A stretch of DNA of 63,224 bases, the filler included, from Choristocarpus tenellus KU-1152 (lineage: Eukaryota > Protista > Phaeophyceae), in NCBI GenBank assembly GCA_964200185.2. It is 7 parts of 7 records of this genome, joined end to end, with 100 filler letters (N's around TTAATTAATTAA, not from the genome) between each part and the next. Parts side by side here need not be neighbours in the genome. Positions count along the whole stretch, not along the records: positions 33,304 to 63,224 come from CAXNAD020000096.1; 6 more parts are not named here. One strand, given 5' to 3'. The notes beneath the pieces are model-generated. The model saw nothing but the letters and a program-made list of their open reading frames with translations, did no database searches and was not told the DNA's origin. Positions 61,792 to 63,224 of this stretch are shown one piece after another. A program made the position numbers and the translations under genes. How positions within the stretch are numbered: the first letter of the stretch is position 1; the number at the start of each line of letters is the position of its first letter.

Positions 61792-63224
61792 AATCGTATC
61801 AAGTGAAATTTACAACAATCCTCATGGAAACTGATAGTGAAAACTCGGACAATCTCCAACCAACACTCTGGCTTAGCATCATGCCGTCCAACTGTGTTAC
61901 ATTTGTAGACACCCCATCTTCACACCTCTCGTACCTGCCTACTGCTCCTTGCAACTAGTGTTCCTTTGCTTACCTGGTTGCCATGTATTTGCGAACCAAC
62001 CACAGTGTGGACATTGGTGTTACCACAGGTAGTGGCCTCGGTGCCACTCCCACATCGCTAAGGACAGTTGTTGCGCGTTGCGGCAAGTACAGGGTCAGGC
62101 TGGGTTCGTCTTCGCCATACTTGAAACATCAACCAATTTACAACAACCGTTACAAGACAATATCTATCATGAACGGCTGACATCCTTCCCGGGAAGAGAA
62201 ATTAAGGTAGAGTTTCTAGAGAGTGTGGATCATGATGAGGAATGCTGGTCGAAACGCTGTCATTATATGCTTCTAAAACACACCAGGTGAGTCAAGGTGA
62301 GACGCCACGCGTGGCAAGCAACACCTAGCAATGGCGCTAGCACGCCTACACTGACAGCTGCAGATCTCCACATGAACCCATATGAGCACAGGGTTAAGAG
62401 TCTCGTGATGAAGTCAACAACAAACAACATGATGAAACGGGACTTATTGTGACGAATGGATGATTTGCGACGGGACTTGTGATTGACAAATAAATTCTTA
62501 TTGTGGTTCACAAGTGATTAAGGGCATGGATACTGAATGTCCCAGGTTCGAGCCCCTTCCACGCCAGACTTCCTTTTACAGAAATCTTATTTCCAGTATC
62601 CAACTTCACAAGGGTGGTACAACAGATTCTTTTGTACCATCCTGTTTGCGGCTATACCAAAAAAACGCCACACCAAGATCAAGGTAGAAACTTCGAGGCG
62701 GGTCCAGTGGAAGATTGGAGGGAGGAGGTGGAGCGACAAGGTGTGTAAATCCTGAATCTGGTATATGAAGCAAAGCAGGAACAGGCCAGGTACAATTGAT
62801 CGCAATGCAACATACAGTCATTAGCTGGCAGTAGTTTGAGAAGTAGTGAACAGTATAGTACCTCATGTCATGAGGTCGAAAAAGTCGTATACGAGCAAAA
62901 AAATGTAGTAAGAGTAAAGTATTTTATTGATATATACGGTAAAAATACTTTTTAGGAATGTGCACACTCTATGCTACAGGCGAATAGTGCGAGCATTTCT
63001 TTCTGAGTGCCAAAATGCGCGAACAGTATACATACGCAAGAATTCATTTAAGAGGAACTTTGAATTGATAGAAGATGCAGACTAAGATTCAAAATGCATA
63101 CATAACCTTACAGAATATATGTCAATTCCTGAAAGTTGCAGAATAAAGATTTATGATTGGAGTATTTACACAGCAGTTTGCAGTTGTCATTTAACTCTTT
63201 GGCTGTAGAAAAACGGTGAATGAT

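Noticed and set aside
62537-62866. Overlapping short ORFs or a possible plus-strand exon (62582-62740)
   Set aside because: An open AG/GT-bounded segment, but with no recognisable homology or connectable neighbouring exons.

Overview
This is eukaryotic DNA with intron-rich genes. My inference is a photosynthetic stramenopile (brown alga or close relative), based on the gene set, TTAGGG-type motifs and transposon types. The window is seven contigs joined by six artificial 100-nt N/TTAATTAATTAA/N spacers, so adjacency across spacers means nothing. Host genes that can be reconstructed exon by exon: the 3' part of a TRP-type cation channel, the central part of NOSIP, a partial Hsp20-like ORF, a complete STPG1/MAPO2-like gene, a complete 15-exon DDB1, TMEM258/OST5 head-to-head with DDB1, and a probable thylakoid-lumen lipocalin. 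The rest is mostly decayed mobile DNA: DD39D mariners with Stowaway-like TIRs, an IS630/Tc1-like element, APE-, RTE- and CRE-type LINE relics, an internally deleted chromo-Gypsy element and integrase remnants. The most striking unexplained structure is a system of short TIR elements. It includes nine ~259-bp MITEs (TIR GAGTSAAAGTATCTTAGAGGGTA, sequence-variable 3-bp target duplications, conserved internal hairpin). A G-run sister family sits at most contig breaks, and one derivative has its TIR followed by ~20 highly diverged ~62-bp tandem units. No autonomous partner could be identified with certainty. All homology calls come from motif recognition by eye; no searches were run.
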